A DNA stretch of 64,000 nucleotides from Octopus sinensis. Lineage: Eukaryota. A model generated the notes under the pieces. It was not told the DNA's origin. It ran no database searches and saw only the letters and a list, made by a program, of their open reading frames with translations. The position numbers were made by a program, and so were the translations under genes. Location: assembly GCF_006345805.1 (NCBI RefSeq), contig NC_042997.1, forward strand, positions 73,036,001 through 73,100,000, read 5' to 3'. Of this stretch, positions 24,201 to 37,390 are shown piece after piece (position 1 is the stretch's first letter; each line of letters starts with the position of its first letter).

Positions 24201-24548
24201 TAGACATGGGTGTGCACCTTCGCCGGTTTGTGCAAGATGTAAGAGGGACAGTGAAACTGTCCTGCACGCGATTGTGCAATGCCCCAAGGTGACTGAACTC
24301 TGGACTTATGTCGAACACCTGCTGTCGCATTCGAGAAGAGTACAACTGTCGAGCGAATCTGTAATTAAGATAGTTCCGCCGACCTTCCTGAATAGGGAGG
24401 AGCGAGCCTGTTTTCTTTCGGTAGTTGCTATGGCGAAAGAAGTAGTGTGGAAGACGAGAGTAAAAGGAATTGCAACAGGCATGTTTATCTCCAGTCTCGA
24501 GCTAATCGACTTTTTCGTTTTCCACATGAAACGGAAAATACGAGAGGA
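21213..24548 (+). pseudogene. Tx1-like ORF2 (APE endonuclease-RT-Zn finger), frameshifts near 22480, 23105 and 24170-24280
   Basis: CINIRGL, DVVVITE, LVAVYAP, LLGDFN, SYIDRI, SDHKLV, GYWKLN, KSPGLDG, NFRPITLLN, DQSKAFDRV, VRQGCPLSP, AYADD, KMLGIW. Confidence 0.9.
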
Positions 24549-24910
24549 GAATAATTGTTTTACGAAAGAGCTGTCTTCCGTGGAACCATCATCCAACTCG
24601 CAGATGCAGCGCAAAAATTCAGTCGAGGACCAGTCCCCAAGATTCTCGTCCTCCATGAGCGTACGGAAACGGCTTCCGGAGGATTTGTTAAATTTTGGCG
24701 AAGAACTTCCGCTTTTATAGATGTGTAGGAGGCATCAGGTGGAATATCCATGATGAGATCCTTGATTGTAAGTGCGAGAGTAGAAGGGATGCCACTAATC
24801 ACAATTTGTAGTTGCTGTTGAGCCGATTGAATGTTGTTCACCATAAAGTAGGACTCAAGTTGGGTGAACCACATGCGTGCGTCACCATGACAGTGAGGAA
24901 ATGAGGTATG
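24548..24910 (-). mobile_element. Ty3/Gypsy gag N-terminal remnant
   Basis: FPHCHGDARMWFTQLESYF...IKDLIMDIPPDASYTSIKAEVL and, frameshifted, ENLGDWSSTEFLRCICEL (cf. PPFW.....WF.Q.E..F...PY..LK..L...EELGDRKPSQLLR). Confidence 0.8.
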
Positions 24911-25408
24911 ACTCATCGATCGAAGTGAGAAAATGAAACATGTGCAGAAGGAATACAAGCCACTCAAAACCAAAATTCAAAAAAGGTGGCAGGAAAGAAA
25001 ATTCCACAAGCAGCAGCGAATAACCAGGATGGTGTCTTCGTGAGACAAAGACGAGGATGAAAGAGAAACGCTAAATCGTACCTGAGTATAAAGAATACGT
25101 ATAAATGATCCTAAGGAAAGCTTCAAGCGACGAAAGAAGGTTACATGATGTCAGATTGAAGCAGTAGAACGAAAACCTTAGAAGAACGTATGATTGCCAT
25201 GCCAGCAGAAAGAGGTGGAAAATACCACGTGGCATGATTGTACGGTGTCGTAGTCCAGGCCGTAAGAGTTCTCCCGAATCCATAAATTTCAATAAAAATT
25301 CCTCGTATAGAAAAATGTGCAGGGACACCATAAGAAGTTGTTAACACATGTTAAACCGTGAAGAAAACATGTCTGAAGTTGAAAAATGAGAAGGAATGCG
25401 TATTCTGG

Positions 25409-25427
25409 GTTGGGTTCACCACTGTAA
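25409..25427 (-). other. Possible degenerate tRNA-Trp primer-binding site after an LTR-end-like TTACA
   Basis: Minus strand TTACA-G-TGGTGAACCCAAC vs canonical TGGTGACCCCGAC; ~500 nt upstream of the gag remnant in the same orientation. Confidence 0.35.
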
Positions 25428-25989
25428 TCTAAACGTTGGCCATTGTAAAGAGAGTTAAAGCTGTAACTTGGCCTTGTTACTTCTGAAACAAGAGGTTAAT
25501 TAAGAAGCAAAAATCCCCGTGTTACGAAAGGCAAAATGCATTCTTGATTGGAATAAATGAAAGAGCCATTCTTGAACTTCACAAATAATTTAATACCAAT
25601 TCAAAAGCTGGTAAGAATTCACCAATAGTATGCTTCGGTTGAAGCGGTACATATGAGGTAACCGGTTCCTCCTCTAAGGTATTTTGTTTTTATTATTTGG
25701 GCCACGTGTAGCAAAATCTATGTGCTCTCAACACAGAGATGTGTCTAGCACGAAGTCTGGCGATGAAAGAGAGATCGAGGTTCTGCGATTATTCAATATA
25801 TATTCCAGAGACTGTTGACTCCCCTTGGCAACTATATTACATTCTAAAAACATTCCACGGCTCATTGGGATTTGTAAAAGAGACATAAATCCAATTTCTT
25901 GGAAGCTTCTAGATTGCAAGTGAGATCACTGGAGGTTACTCCCATGATTCGTAATTAATCCCATGATTAGGCAATGACAAATCTGTTTC

Positions 25990-26640
25990 AAATTACGTAT
26001 CTCCTACAGGTCTTCCGTATTTTTTATTGATAGTTTCAATGTTGTTGACGAGTGCACTTGGGCTTGTGTTAGAAGACTTTTCATTGATTTGGGTTGTCTT
26101 TTGCTCTTTAAAATGATGTGCGTTTGGAGGACTTGATTCATTCTGTGGTTCCTTTTTAATGTTCTGGAGGATGGTGTCAAAGGCTTCATTGTTTAGGAGG
26201 TTGTGTGTGGATGTGTATGATAGGGATTTTGGTTGTAAATCCTTCTTTAGTTTGGGATGTCTGATTTCATGGATGTTGAGTTGTAGGGCGCGTTGAAAAC
26301 CGATATCAGTTAGTGATGGTGGGTAGTTCCTGCAGATGAGCGTATCCTTTAGCTTTTCATGTAGTCGTGTGTCCCTGGTGCTTGTATCAGATACTATAGT
26401 ACAAATCCTTTTTGTCAAGTTGAAAGGGATATTCATTCTAATGTGTCTGGGATGGCATGAGATGATATTGCTTGGAGTCCGTGGGCTTATAGTATATGTC
26501 TGTTTCTATTTTGTTGTTGGATTTCTTAATGCAGATGTCGAAGAATGGAAATTGTTGATGGCTATATTCCATCTTAAACTGAATGTTTATGTCAAGTCCA
26601 TTTAGAAGAATGAAGCCAAAGAATGAAGCAGTCATCTAGA
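25990..26640 (-). mobile_element. Penelope-like RT thumb / C-terminal fragment (degraded)
   Basis: INIQFKMEYSHQQFPFFDI...IETDIYYKPTDSKQY and NIPFNLTKRICTIVS...RNYP; related to the 14-16 kb element. Confidence 0.85.
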
Positions 26641-26934
26641 TACCTCTTCCAGTTATGTTCTATGTATATGTATGTATGTATGTATGCATGCATGCATGCA
26701 TCCATGTATGTATGTATGTATATACATGCATACATAGTCAACACAAACCAGTTTTATAGATAAATAAATTATTAAATGTCATGCAGTTACATTTATTGAA
26801 GAGAAATACTATTGTTTCGTAATCTATATTACAAAAATACCATTGCATGTTCATGTTTGTCACGCTTTTACATTGACTTTTAAAATAATTTGAATTGCAC
26901 AATGAAGTGTGTACATAGGAAGAGGGCATGTTTT

Positions 26935-27123
26935 CTACAAATCAAATGATTTAACGTCATACTTTCTACCTCTACTGAGGCAAATTTTCTTTATATTTCT
27001 GCTGCATTTGTAAATGGGGTGGGGTAGGATTGTCGTTTGCAGAAATGTTATGATATATCTCCATATTCGGCATGCGATAGTGTTCCTAAACTGCTGTTGT
27101 AAATCTGGAGGCGTGTCTTCCAA
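26935..27123 (-). mobile_element. Possible Helitron Rep N-terminal remnant
   Basis: PPDLQQQF...IWRYIITFLQTT...PIYKC loosely resembles PP.L..LL...NIR.YN..F.MTS...PTFKI; weak. Confidence 0.3.
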
Positions 27124-28886
27124 CTATAATTTCATCTTGAAAAAACAAAAAAATAAAAAAACAAAAACGGTTGCAATGTAATGTTTTGGGGAAATTTAAA
27201 TAAATGTAATGGGGTTTTTTCATAGAACAAAAAATTTACATAAAATTTGCATAAATATATGATGGGGATAACAATGATTTGAAAGTTAAACAATATAAAA
27301 AAAATTACGTTATGCCAGGTATTAATCTGAAAACTTCTGTCATCACTCTGCCATTTAAACTTACGCAATGACAGCTTCCAGTTTTATTGATCTTTGCAAT
27401 TTAAAGTCAATAAATCTGAATGCTATTGAGAATATAGTCCTGTTCTTTCTAATTGAGATGTTTGCGCATGGAGAATAGTATGTTTCTCTCTAAAGAACAC
27501 CGGTGTGTTGCTGGTAAAGTGACTATGTCGAAAATGTCACAAACACTCCTCTCAAGGAAGTTTTTTAGTGTTGAAATTGCTTTCGCAATTATTATACCGA
27601 CCATATATTTAATTCAGGTAAACTATTTGTATTTATACATGTGTTTTAGTATTTATTTACTTTTAACTTATTTTCTTTTTTAAATGTTCGCCATCACTCA
27701 GCCTCAACCTCATGATCAACAACACGAAAACTTGTGTCATGCAGAGTGAAAGCGTACGCACTCGTATATATTGAAATTTTACCGATCTAATTTTACAATT
27801 ACTATACTTAAATACAAAAATTTGTGCACAATAAACTCATAACTATTATTTAGTAAATGTTTCTAGAAATCTCTTATTTAGTAACTTTCTAAAGTAATAC
27901 TTTAAAAAGTGCAAAATATTCAAGTTGGGTGGCAGAATATCAGGTACACAGATTTATTTCTAAGTTGTAAGCTGTTAATAATAAATCAAATGATAAAGTT
28001 GTGTTTTTACTGCTGTTGTACTTCATTACTTTTCAACTATAGTTAAAATTGAAAGTTATAAGTATATTCGGGTTAAGTACTAGCAAGCCTGATTTTACAA
28101 TGAGCTTTATGTCGAAATATAGTTCTTATCAAAATGGAATTTTATACCATTTATTGATCTCCTTTGTGAGATCAATAAATTACTCAGTTTACAGCGCCTC
28201 TTGTTCGATGTGAAGCGATATCATATATCTTAGAGAATGACATCGAATATTGATTAAAAGAACAAGGATTAAATATGACTTAACGTGTAAGGTTAGGCAA
28301 GTGTGTATCTTAAAATATCTGCTATTATTAAGTGAATCGGAGAAACGGCTAATGTTCATACTACTGTTATTACAATCTTCAAATGTGCAATCGCCAAAGT
28401 CATGCCATAACATAACTATTCATGATTTCCCCCCCCCCCCCATTACCAGCTACTACAATAAATTTCGATAAGACACAAAACTACTCTTTGTAGATTATAG
28501 AATATTGATACTTGCCTAACTGATTTCTAATGGATAAAAAGCAAAATCGTGCTGGGCAGAACATGTGTACTACAAACATTGACAACAACATTTAAAAAGA
28601 AGTTAAATAAATCCAATTAATCTTCCGCTTCTGCTTTATAATTGCCACATATTTTAAATAAGTAACAATCTTTGGTTTCTTTATAAAGGGCCCTTCATTT
28701 ATTCGCAACGTTGATATGGGGACAAAATATATTAGAGTATTCGTCTGCATCATTTTGTGTACTGAGTTTGAATTCTACCATGCATGGTTTTATCTTTACT
28801 CTTTGTAGACGATAAAAGGATAACTTGTCTAAGTTCAAAGTTGATTGAATTGTCCATAAAAAATAACAAAATGACCTATCTTATAC

Positions 28887-29310
28887 TCTTTTCAGTCATT
28901 AAACTGCGGCCATGATGGGAGTACCGCCTTGAAGAATCTTTTGTTGAATACATCAATCCCAGTACTTACTATTTTAAAGCCTGGTACTTATTCTATCGAT
29001 AATTTTTGCTGAATAACTAAGTTATCGGCACGTAAACACACTAGTACCGGTTGTGAAGCAGTGGGGACGGGGAGGACAGACACAAACACATGTACACACA
29101 CACACACGCACAAGCATATATACGGCGTGCTTCTTTCCTACTTCGTCTACCAAATTCACTTACAAGGCTTTGGTCGGCCTAAGACTATAGTAGAAGACAC
29201 TTATTCGAGGTACGATGCGGTTGGACCGAATCGGGAACCATGTGATTGGGAAGCTAGCTTCTTACCACACAGCCACGAATCGCCTCTCCATAATATCACG
29301 CCTGCGCCTA
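28887..29310 (-). mobile_element. Near full-length tRNA-derived SINE with internal CA repeat
   Basis: Head region gtggtaagaagctagcttcccaatcacatggttccc (minus) and tail aaggcggtactcccatcatggccgcagtttaatgactgaaa; homologous to 57221-57660. Confidence 0.8.
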
Positions 29311-29499
29311 TAGACTCATGCGAATTTCTAAATTATTCTTTTTGTGGCGCAACTGCGTGCAACTCTATATATGAGTGCAGTTAGTAACTTTGGTTTACTG
29401 TCTCCACAGGATTTGTAATTTGATTTCTGTGTTTTTATTTTATCACCTCATCCAGCCATATCTATGATAAACCATTCTCTGCTTTCTTTTGCAATCCTC

Positions 29500-30200
29500 A
29501 AATTACAAATCTTCCTACAGCCAATGCCAGTAAGACAGGCCACCGTAGATTTAACCAATAGAAGCATGACGTCCCACATTTACTGAAAGCATCGTACGCT
29601 GACATCATCGAACCTCACACAGCTTTTTAAATTTTAGTCTTCTCCTTCCAAGAACCAACACCATAATTCTCTTCCAAGGCAGCTCAATAATCAGAACTTA
29701 TTTGTCAAGTCAGACTTGTCACAATATTAGATTTTTAATTCGTTAATGCAGCATGGCTTAATAAACGATCATTACCAACAAGTGTACGTTCACGTTCCAG
29801 ATATTAGCATCATTTAGGAGTCTGAGTTTTCCATTATCTACACTCTTGTGTTACACTTTCTTGCCGTTCTCATAGAAACAACAGGCGATAATTTGGTGTT
29901 AATTTCCATCTCATTGGTGATGTATTACTCTCTAGTGTATCAGTAATGATTTTGAAAATTGTTCATGCTGGCAAGTATACATGTTCTATATACCGCCAGG
30001 GTATGTTTGAACGATGCATAGCTTGTGCGGCGACGAAAGTGCCAATCAGCAGTATCAATGCAATCAAGATTTGATATTAGTCAAAGACAAGAACATTGCA
30101 TAATGCTTTAAAGCGGAATTACAATCAGTTGACTCGTTCACATAATACTCCAGGATAGCTTCCTTTGCTCAACTGTCTCCCATGCATCTCATGTTCATTG
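29500..30200 (-). mobile_element. Degraded RTE-like LINE fragment
   Basis: Minus-strand MEINTK, NYGVGSW (cf. LYGCESW), EVR*CQRTML (cf. EMWCYRRML). Confidence 0.4.
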
Positions 30201-30850
30201 GCTTCTTAGTCCTACAGAGGTTTAGTTCCACTTTTTAAGTAGGTTATTTTGTTGTAGCACATTACAACGCAGTATCTGTAAAACACGGCAGAAGCCAAAC
30301 CATTTGTATGGTAAATGGCAAGCCGGAATTTTATCTTCACCATTTTTCTTACAGATTTATTACATCATTCATCGAACTTTCCTTGTTACTGCCAGTGGTC
30401 CATGTCTTAAATTGTTTTTAATTTCATTATCATTCTTTGTATCATTTAAGATGAACTGTGTAGTATACATATTTATACAGATATGTTTACACGGGGCACA
30501 AAAAATACAGTATACTAAGGAGGGATACTTCCTTTTTTAACACGAGAGATGTTTCCTGAAGCTCGGAATTATGTAATAATCATTATGTTCATAATTAGCC
30601 CGATACAATATGCAAAAAATGTCTTGGGCATAGAATCAGCAAGTAGTATCATAGATAAATTACTATAAGTCCGGCTTTCTTCATCAGAAGGTTGGCAATA
30701 TAAGACTATGTCTGAGTGTTAAGCTGTTGCTGAATGACCTGCACAAATTATTTGTTTATAATGATCAAATGTTCGTGCTGCACCTTCATCACTAGGCCAT
30801 GCACTCTCACACACACATACAAACACAAACACACACACGTTCCCCACACA

Positions 30851-31269
<419 letters not shown>

Positions 31270-32102
31270 ATATATATACACGCACATCCATACATGCATG
31301 TATGCATGCATGCACACATGTATCCAAACGCAATCAAGTGCCTAGATCAAGTAGATGTTTTCAAAATTTTCAAATACAAGAAATTTGCTATACAATTACA
31401 ATTATTAGACGAGAAACACTTTAATGTATTTTATATCTGTTACTAAAATAACATTGTGTGTTTATGTTTATGTGTATATGTGTATAGTGTATATGTTTGT
31501 GCGTGTCTGTCTGCCACACATCCCATTAAATTTTCGATATAATTACAACTGCAGAATGTACGAGGGAAAAGGGTGTTGTATATCCTAGATTAATGAAATT
31601 AAGTCGGTGTCGATTATTAAGAAGTGGATCTCATATAAAAGTCTATACTGCTGAGGCAAAATAGTAGAATAATAAGTTAATGCGTGTGAATAGAACATCA
31701 AACTAGGTTTAATACAAGTTCTTCTTCCCTACGAAAGGATGGAATATCGATGACTTTATTTAATACTAGGAATGAGAGCTTCGTAAGTGTCTAGCTTGAA
31801 ATTCTTGGTGAATCAAGTGAGAGAGAAAAAAAACCGGAGTCGAACTAAGCTTGTTGGCTATGGATATAGTAATAATATACACTTTTTCGCCGATTCGGCG
31901 GAGACTTGTAAGGGTTTAGAACAAAGAATTTAATTAGTTTCGCTGTTACATTGATAATCATGTCTGTCGCTCTAATGCAGGCTGAGTATTGGGCTGGATG
32001 TGGTACTTGCTAGTATTTGGAGTTTGATCATTGACAGATCTAGCAGAAGGAGCAAGATGTCGAACTGTGACAGTCAGTTCTTTTATGCTTGGAAACCACA
32101 TC

Positions 32103-32218
32103 TTGTGATTTAACATAAGCACTTTTTCCAGACAATTTAACCATTTTCACAGAAACTAGAATTGTGATTTAACATAAGCACTTTTCTCATACAGTTTAAC
32201 CATTTTCACAGAAACTAG
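32103..32218. repeat. Tandem duplication, 59-bp period
   Basis: ttgtgatttaacataagcacttt...ccattttcacagaaactag twice. Confidence 0.9.
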
Positions 32219-35200
32219 GAGTTTTGCTAGTAAATAAACATGCGTTCGCAAGAAATTACATTGGTGGCAGTGCACAACAGAGATCTGACGAAACAAAGGG
32301 CATTAACCAGATAAGTTTCGTACTCACTGATCATCAAGCTTTTCAATTTAGGTGACAAAAAGATGGCGTCGTAAAGGGTGACGATGAGACTTGCATGAAG
32401 AACATCGAGCATGTGGGCTGGTATAATTGTGGCTCTTTCATGCAGCTATAGTCATGGACCGATGCTTAGAAAAGAAGGGTTACAATGGAAATGTATGAAA
32501 GAAAGTATGTCAAACAAAGCAAAAAACTGTTTGCAGCACTCGATAACAATGGAATGCTTCATTTCAAAAGACAAAATTGAAGGGGAACTGAGTGTGTTCA
32601 TGAACGGCAGTCAATAGGTATTTATTATCAAAATCAAAAGGTAGTGGTACCCTTAAAGTCCATACTTAGTAATTAAAATGATTATGTTGTTTTGATTAAA
32701 TTTCTATGTGGTGAGGTGATGAATAACAGTTTAAGTGCAATGCATGTTTGGTTGATGGAATAAAGGCAGGTTCTTTGTGCGAACAAAATCATTATTGACA
32801 CGATGCGAAGATGGCACAAAGTATGGAGTAGAACCCTGAGTGAATATGTTTGTCGCAGAACAATTAGTGACAAACAAAACACCGAATGCAATAGAGTTTG
32901 ATTTGCTGTCTTTAAATTTTGCCGTACTTAATCATTCTGTTCACCATGTTGTCATACACAAAAGCGAATTATCATTCATTTGTCACATTGCAAAATGTTT
33001 CCGTTTATGTGTGGCTTTAATGTTCTTTTTATACTGATTCTCAAAGAATCTGCTATCCAGTGTTACGACAATAGCTATCTTGGAAACATGTTTCAATAAT
33101 AAGCGGTAAATTATGATTGATGTTGATGATGATGGCATCTTTCAACTCTCTTTTGGGATACTGAATTACCTTTTAGTGCTTCCGAAGGCAGAAGAAAGGT
33201 TTTTGTTATACACTATTGAATAGATTTTATCTGAATAATGTAAAATTTACTGTACGTAATAAGAAAATATACCAACTGCCTGTACTTTGATGTCTGTATG
33301 GAGGCATTAACTTCAGAAAAGAAAGACGCCCGTTAGGTCCTGTATTATTTTATTTTTGGAAACCTCTTATCCTAAAAGTTGAATGGTAAGGTAAACGATA
33401 ACAACTTTCTTGTTATTGAACGTAATATCTGTAAAAAGGTTTGTTAGATTAGCGTCATGTACCTGTGCTGTTTCTACATATTCTCACAGTGTCTACGTAA
33501 GTAAAAATTTCTTTGAACACTTATTTCAGCTGAGATCTCTATTACGCTTTGGAAACAGACCATATTGTTTACAACATTGAACGAATACATGCTCTTTTTA
33601 AGTATAATTATATTACTTAAAATTATACACTATAATTTTACGGATGAAACTTTAAAAAAATTACATTATATAAAGTTTATACTATCGTCAGATTGGAGGT
33701 AAGCGAAATATTTACGACTATGTTGTAAAACTGGCTCATGTTTGCAATCTCTCCTAAAGCAATGATTTTTAAAATGCAAATATATTCTAAATCAAAACGA
33801 CTGCGAAAAACGTCCATCGATAAATATTTAATATAATTTTCAGCTTGAGGTTTTCAGTTTATATTATCTGCCATTCTTTCAACATTTACTTCTCTCGCTC
33901 TTTTTTTTACTGAATGATAGTTCCTTTCTGAACTTTACGACGCAATATCACTAACAGTCGATACCCCAAAAGAGATGACAGCAAATAAAGTTTCTGAGCA
34001 ACGGAAGATCAGTAAACTCTTTGGCCTTCCAAATTACATTAGGGATTTAAGATCAAAATATTTTGTTAAATATGCCATTTCTGATTCTATGTAATTCTAT
34101 AATTTATCTACTCCTGTTCTGCTTCAAATTCAGTTCAACACATATCCAACAAGTACTCTCTCTGGTACATCTTACATCAGAGGCACACATTCCCAACTAT
34201 AGAAGCTTCAAACTCTTAATCCATCGTGACCGATCAATACGGATGGTATTCATGTTAATAACAATAAACAGCACATCCCTAGTATGATTATGTCTGTACC
34301 AAACTCTTAAACTTTTTCTCTCACAAGAGTACCTACAATAAGATATTCAAATACTTGATAGTGTGTCTTATCACCCCATAAAAGCGACGTCTATCAGTGT
34401 TAAATGTAGGATAGAATAAGAATGATCACCTCGGAATACATTATTGTCAATCAAGATCAATGAGTAACTAATTTTTTATGCTATGCAAAGTTTCCCCTCT
34501 TTCCTTGTCATTAAATTGTTGTAAATGATTAGTAACATATCAATTCATTTATCTGCTGCAATCAACTAAATGAAAAGAGGTGCTAAATCTTGAGATGTTT
34601 ATTGCGACAGACTGGTATATCTGTCAATAGTTGTACCTCACGTTAATGAAACTAGAAGTAGGAACAAAATCTTTAATGTCTTTTTCTCATATTTTAAATT
34701 CACATAGAAAAATCTCAAGTTTACTGGAAAGTTAAGAGACAGTGTAGCATTCATACATGCTATATTCGAAGAAATATAAAACTTGCCTGCCAAATTTGTC
34801 AATTTTAATTCCAGCAGAGCCTTAAGGCCTCATATTTATAAAGCAAGGATATAAAACTGCATGACATCAGTTTTCCAATTGCATTAGTTGAGTGCAAAAA
34901 CAAAAATAGCTACCACAAGAAATGGAAAATGACGTTCGAGAGGAATAATGTAAATAATTGTCAAAACTATATCATTGTTTTTCTTCAACGACAAGGGAAT
35001 AATTGTGACTCCAAAATATCCTGTAAATACGGGAGTGTTATTTGTTTATTGTCTCGAAACATATAAAATTGAATATCTAACGATACACAGAAAATAAAAG
35101 AGGAATAAACAATGGATACAAAATAAGAATTAAAGAATAAAATAATAATAATAATAGAAGTAGAAAAAGAATAAAATCGATGAAAAGAATAAAGAAAAAC

Positions 35201-35475
35201 AAATAGAAAAAAGTTACAGAAAAATGACAAAAACCTTATATGTTTTCTAGATATTGTAATTTTTCATGTTTGTGTTTTGAAGGCTGGAAGTTACAAAAAT
35301 TGAAGGATATATTTACTCATTTCTTACAAGACTGATTACTATTTCCTTTTCGACATCAATAAATATATCGTCCATCTTTCATCATAAAAAGGAAAAGCAA
35401 TCAGCTATTTTAGATTTATTTATCTTTCAGAATTATAGGCATTTTCATAGATATTCTTATAAAATGTAATTTCCA

Positions 35476-37390
35476 GATGAAGGCGCGCGGACCTCCGCCA
35501 ACTTCAAGACGCCTCCTTCTACTGCCCTCTGTCCTGCGATCCCACGCCCAGCTACCAACAGACTGTGTCCTCCACTATCCATGGTCTCATCTCCTCCTCC
35601 CATCTCCCCTACATCGCCTCCATCCTAATTGTTCGCACCCCTCGAACCCACACAATTTACTTCCTCCACCAAATCCACAAACCTAACAACCCTGGACGCC
35701 CCATCGTCTCCGCCTGAAACTGCCCCACCGAACTCATCTCCAGATATCTTGATCATGTCCTTGCCCCCGCTAGTGACTTCCCTACCCTCTCACATCCATG
35801 ACACCAACCATGCGCTTTGTTTGCTCAGCTCTTTCTCCTTCCCTCCTGGCCCCTCTAAAGAGCCTTTACACGGCGATTCCTCACCACGAGGGCTGCGTGC
35901 ACTCCAACATTTCCTTGACCTTGGATCCAACCCCCAACCTGACACATCGAAACTCGTTCGTCTGTCCGAACTTGTCCTCTCACTCAACTGCTTCTCGTTC
36001 GCTGGTGATTTTTACCAGCAATTCTCGGGAGTGGCCATGGGAACGAGAAAGGACCCCAACTATGCGAACCTGTTCGTTGGCTATGTTGAGGCCCAAATAT
36101 TCTCAAGTTTCACTGGTCCCACTCCCGAACTATACGTCCGTTATATTGATGACTGTATTGGTGCGACCTCACTCTCCCCACAAACATCCAGACTCCTTGC
36201 TCTCTTTTGTCAAATCTTTCCATCCTACCCTCCACTTCTCCTGCACTATCTCCCACACTTTGAGACTCGGCCTCAACTCATGGCTTGCCACTTCATCCTA
36301 CGGGGATATCTCCTCACCACTATCCTCACTGCCCTTGCCAGAGCACTTCTGTGGACCGTGCATCTGCTCCCCCCCGCACACGCCCGCTGTATCCTGCCTC
36401 CCGTTTCCCCTCACCTACCACCCTACCACCCTACCTCTCCAACGCACCATTCTCCGAGCCTTCCAGCGACTCCAGTCCCACCCCTCCACTTCGCACAGCT
36501 TCCCTAAACGACCCCTCCCCTCCTTCAAACGAGCCCACAACCTACGAGACCTCTTGGTCCACAGCTTCTTCCCTAACCCAACCTCCCAACCCGGCTCGTT
36601 CTCCTGCTCCCGCTCATGCTGCCGCACTTGTCCTTACCTCTCCAACACTACCTTCCTCACCGGCACGCATCATCGACCCTATCATATCACCGACTCCTTC
36701 ACCTGCACTTCTACCAATGTCATCTACTGTATCTCCTGCTTTCTCTGCCCTTCTCTATACATCAGGCAAACGGGACTCTGCTTGGCTGACCGGTTCACAG
36801 AACACCTCCGAGACATCCGACTCGGCAATGACACCCTGGTCTCGTGCCATTTCCGTTCTATAGGTCACTCTTTGCAACACCTGTCTGTGTTCGGGTTGTC
36901 CTTGTACAGGGGCCATCCGTACTCCTGTCTTCGCCGTGAACAGGGATTAATCTTCTCTCTTCGCTCCTTTGCGCCTTATGGGCTCAACTCTTCTCCTTTC
37001 TTCATCTAACTCTCCTCCTCTCTCCTCTCTTCCTCTCACACCTACTTCCTCTCATCCACCTCTCCTCTCTTGCTCCGACTCCTACTTCTTCTCTTCAATC
37101 CTACCCTCCTTCTCTCTTCTCTTCACTCCTACCCACCTCCTCACTTCCCCTACCTTCATCGTCACCACTCCCTCGTAACCCCACCCCTACACAATCCAAC
37201 TCTACCTTCCCTATCCATCCCACCCCACCCACCCCATCCCTTACACCCACTCTCATATACCCCACCTCTACCCCCACCCTCAGCCTAACCTACACCCACC
37301 CTTGCTTTCCCCACTCTCACCTCCCCCACATCCCAACACCACCACACTACACAACACCACATCACATCACACCACCACCGCGCACACACT
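35476..37390 (+). mobile_element. C-rich Penelope-like element (RT + GIY-YIG), 5'-truncated and frameshifted, with a polypyrimidine tail
   Basis: KSLYTAIPHHEG, SLNCFSF, GVAMGT, YANLFVGYVE, LYVRYIDDCIG, CSRSCCRTC, FTCTSTNVIYCISCFLCPSLYIRQTG...RFTEH...HF; ORF ends 37009. Confidence 0.9.

Larger units (their letters stand above)
19396..24548 (+). mobile_element. Tx1/L1-clade non-LTR retrotransposon, near full length, 3' end replaced by Gypsy sequence
   Basis: ORF1 with CCHC knuckle; ORF2 with APE endonuclease and RT; C-terminal FFVFHMKRKIRE. Confidence 0.9.

Noticed and set aside
33482-33505. ttctcacag|tgtctac|gtaagt possible 7-nt microexon
   Set aside because: Such matches occur by chance in 64 kb; no partner exons identified.
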